From positions 1 through 64,000 of the forward strand of contig CDMY01000354.1 of the NCBI GenBank assembly GCA_001179505.1: DNA of 64,000 bases. Reading direction: 5' to 3'. A program made the position numbers and the translations under genes. Each line of letters starts with the position of its first letter. Position 1 is the first letter of the stretch. The DNA comes from Vitrella brassicaformis CCMP3155. Its lineage: Eukaryota > Protista > Chromerida. Below, piece by piece: positions 62,575-64,000 of this stretch. The notes beneath the pieces were generated by a model. The model saw nothing but the letters and a program-made list of their open reading frames with translations, did no database searches and had not been told where the DNA came from.

Positions 62575-63105
62575 ATGGCGAGTCCAGATCTGGTGTGGCT
62601 GTGCGTGCGGAACAGCAGTAGCTTCATCAAGAAGTCGAATGGGATCACGCTGACCAACGAGCCGGGCAACCTCACTGGGGAGAACAGCTTCAAGTACAGC
62701 GGACTGGCCAACAACAAGACAGTCGATGTGGTGCCCACGAAGGGCAAGAAGAACACACGACCCGTTCTCGTCAAGAAGGCCAAGAAACTCAGGTACGTCA
62801 GAGAGGCAGAACGGGGTGTGGAGGGATGGACGTGTGTCTGTCTGTGTGTCTGTCTGTGTGTCTGTCTGGTCATGTGTGTGCTGGTCAATCGGTGCAGATC
62901 TGTCGAGGGTCGCAAGTGCACGACGTACTTGAACATCGACTTGACTCAGTCGTCGAAGCGCATCAGCACCCAGCTGCAGAAGGGCAACTACCGCCCCGAC
63001 CTCATTGCTGACGCCGAGAAGAAGTACCTCAAGGTGCGCGGCGATATCAGCAAGACGGCTGCAGGCGGCCGGCCCGTCAAGAAGGGACGCAAGCCGCGCA
63101 CCTGA
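62575..63105 (+). CDS. RPL28: 60S ribosomal protein L28e, one intron at 62793-62897
   Basis: MASPDLVWLCVRNSSSFIKKSNGITLTNEPGNLTGENSFKYSGLANNKTVDV..GNYRPDL. Confidence 0.96.
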   Translation: MASPDLVWLCVRNSSSFIKKSNGITLTNEPGNLTGENSFKYSGLANNKTVDVVPTKGKKNTRPVLVKKAKKLRYVREAERGVEGWTCVCLCVCLCVCLVMCVLVNRCRSVEGRKCTTYLNIDLTQSSKRISTQLQKGNYRPDLIADAEKKYLKVRGDISKTAAGGRPVKKGRKPRT

Positions 63106-63516
63106 TGGGACTGACGGGGTTTGATGTGATGTGAATGGGTTTGGGTTGAGTGTGTTGGCATCTGGACGGCTTTCCGTCTGATGGATGGATGGATGATGTG
63201 GCAATGTGCGTGTTTCATGCGTTCGTTGCTTCGTGTGGCGTATGGGGACTCTGCGTGGATGGCTCTTTCCTTAACAGTCTTTAAGCCCAATCCACGCTTT
63301 TCCCATCACATGTGACTGAGCATCAACCACCTTCAGTCGCTGGCAGTGTGTTTATATGGCCGTGACGCACTTGCGACAGCTCCGGTGCGTGTGAGTTAGC
63401 GAGCTATGATACGAGTGCCTTCACTCAGTTGTGACAAATATCCACACACATACACGACACGGCTGTCCTTATCTGGTCGTCATGTCAGCCACGTCCATCC
63501 ATCGTCACATTATCCG

Positions 63517-64000
63517 TCACTTGACCTTATCTCTACATGGCAACAGGTCGGCCGTCTCGCCACTCGCCTGCTGCAGCTCGCCCGACAAGAAGCCAAACAA
63601 ATCATTGCCTGAACACACACACAGCCACGCAAACGCACGCACATCCATCCGCTTCTCTGTCGGTCGGTCGGTCGGTTGGTCGGTGCATCCCATCCCATCC
63701 CATCCCTCCCGCACTCACCGTGCCTCGTGGATTTCCACCGCGGCTCTGATGCAAACTCAAAGTAATGCGCCCCGCTGGATGTGGGACACAGACACACGAG
63801 TGCCGCCGTGTCTGTCTGTCTGTCTGCCTGCCTCTGTGCGTGTGCCATCCTTGCCACATACCTGATTGGCGAGGAGTACCAGATCTGCCTGGTGACGAAG
63901 TGCTTGTTGATGACGAAAGTGCCGTGCTCGCCAAGGTCGATGTTCAACACGCCCTCCTACAGGCAACAGGCAACAGAGCGATGCACATGTGCGTGCGTAT
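63517..64000 (-). CDS. FXN: Frataxin (CyaY family), 3' exons only; 5' part lies outside the window
   Basis: EGVLNIDLGEHGTFVINKHFVTRQIWYSSPISGAHYF..WKSTRHGNDLFGFLSGEL matches GVL.I.LG..GTYVINKQ....QIW.SSP.SGP. Confidence 0.88.

Noticed and set aside
1-64000. CRISPR arrays, tRNA/rRNA genes, transposase or reverse-transcriptase ORFs, alternative genetic code
   Set aside because: None recognised. Repeats are simple microsatellites, and conserved genes translate normally with the standard code.

Overview
Eukaryotic, intron-dense, GC-rich genomic DNA. The intron style (short GT..CAG introns packed with (TG)n/(CA)n/(GATG)n/(ACAG)n microsatellites), an ApiAP2-type factor and bipartite plastid leaders point to a chromerid alveolate, most likely Vitrella brassicaformis (inference). 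Gene models were spliced by eye, so exon edges and some start codons are approximate. Left to right: a decaying cluster of a lineage-specific family (1-5.4 kb), Nop12/Rrp17, an F-box-like lineage-specific gene, CWF19L1 with an internal RRM, TMEM147 (candidate intronic C/D snoRNA, GC-AG intron), a small unknown protein, an AP2+SAM protein, a lineage-specific gene with a premature TGA, glucosidase II alpha, a plastid-type divergent IGPS-like TIM barrel, a plastid-type HugZ/HOZ homolog, a stand-alone Aha1 C-terminal domain, a lifeguard/BI-1 protein, a cyclin-like hypothetical, then a 21-kb block (40.2-61.3 kb) of a GT48 beta-1,3-glucan synthase with divergent motifs, two head-to-head secreted GH26 hydrolases and a secreted bacterial-type aryl-sulfate sulfotransferase, then a PARP-type zinc finger, RPL28 and the 3' part of frataxin. 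The GT48-GH26-GH26-ASST block is the best candidate for an undescribed system (a cell-wall glucan synthesis, remodelling and possibly sulfation cluster). No rRNA, tRNA, CRISPR array or intact transposon was recognised. Three 300-N gaps hide sequence.
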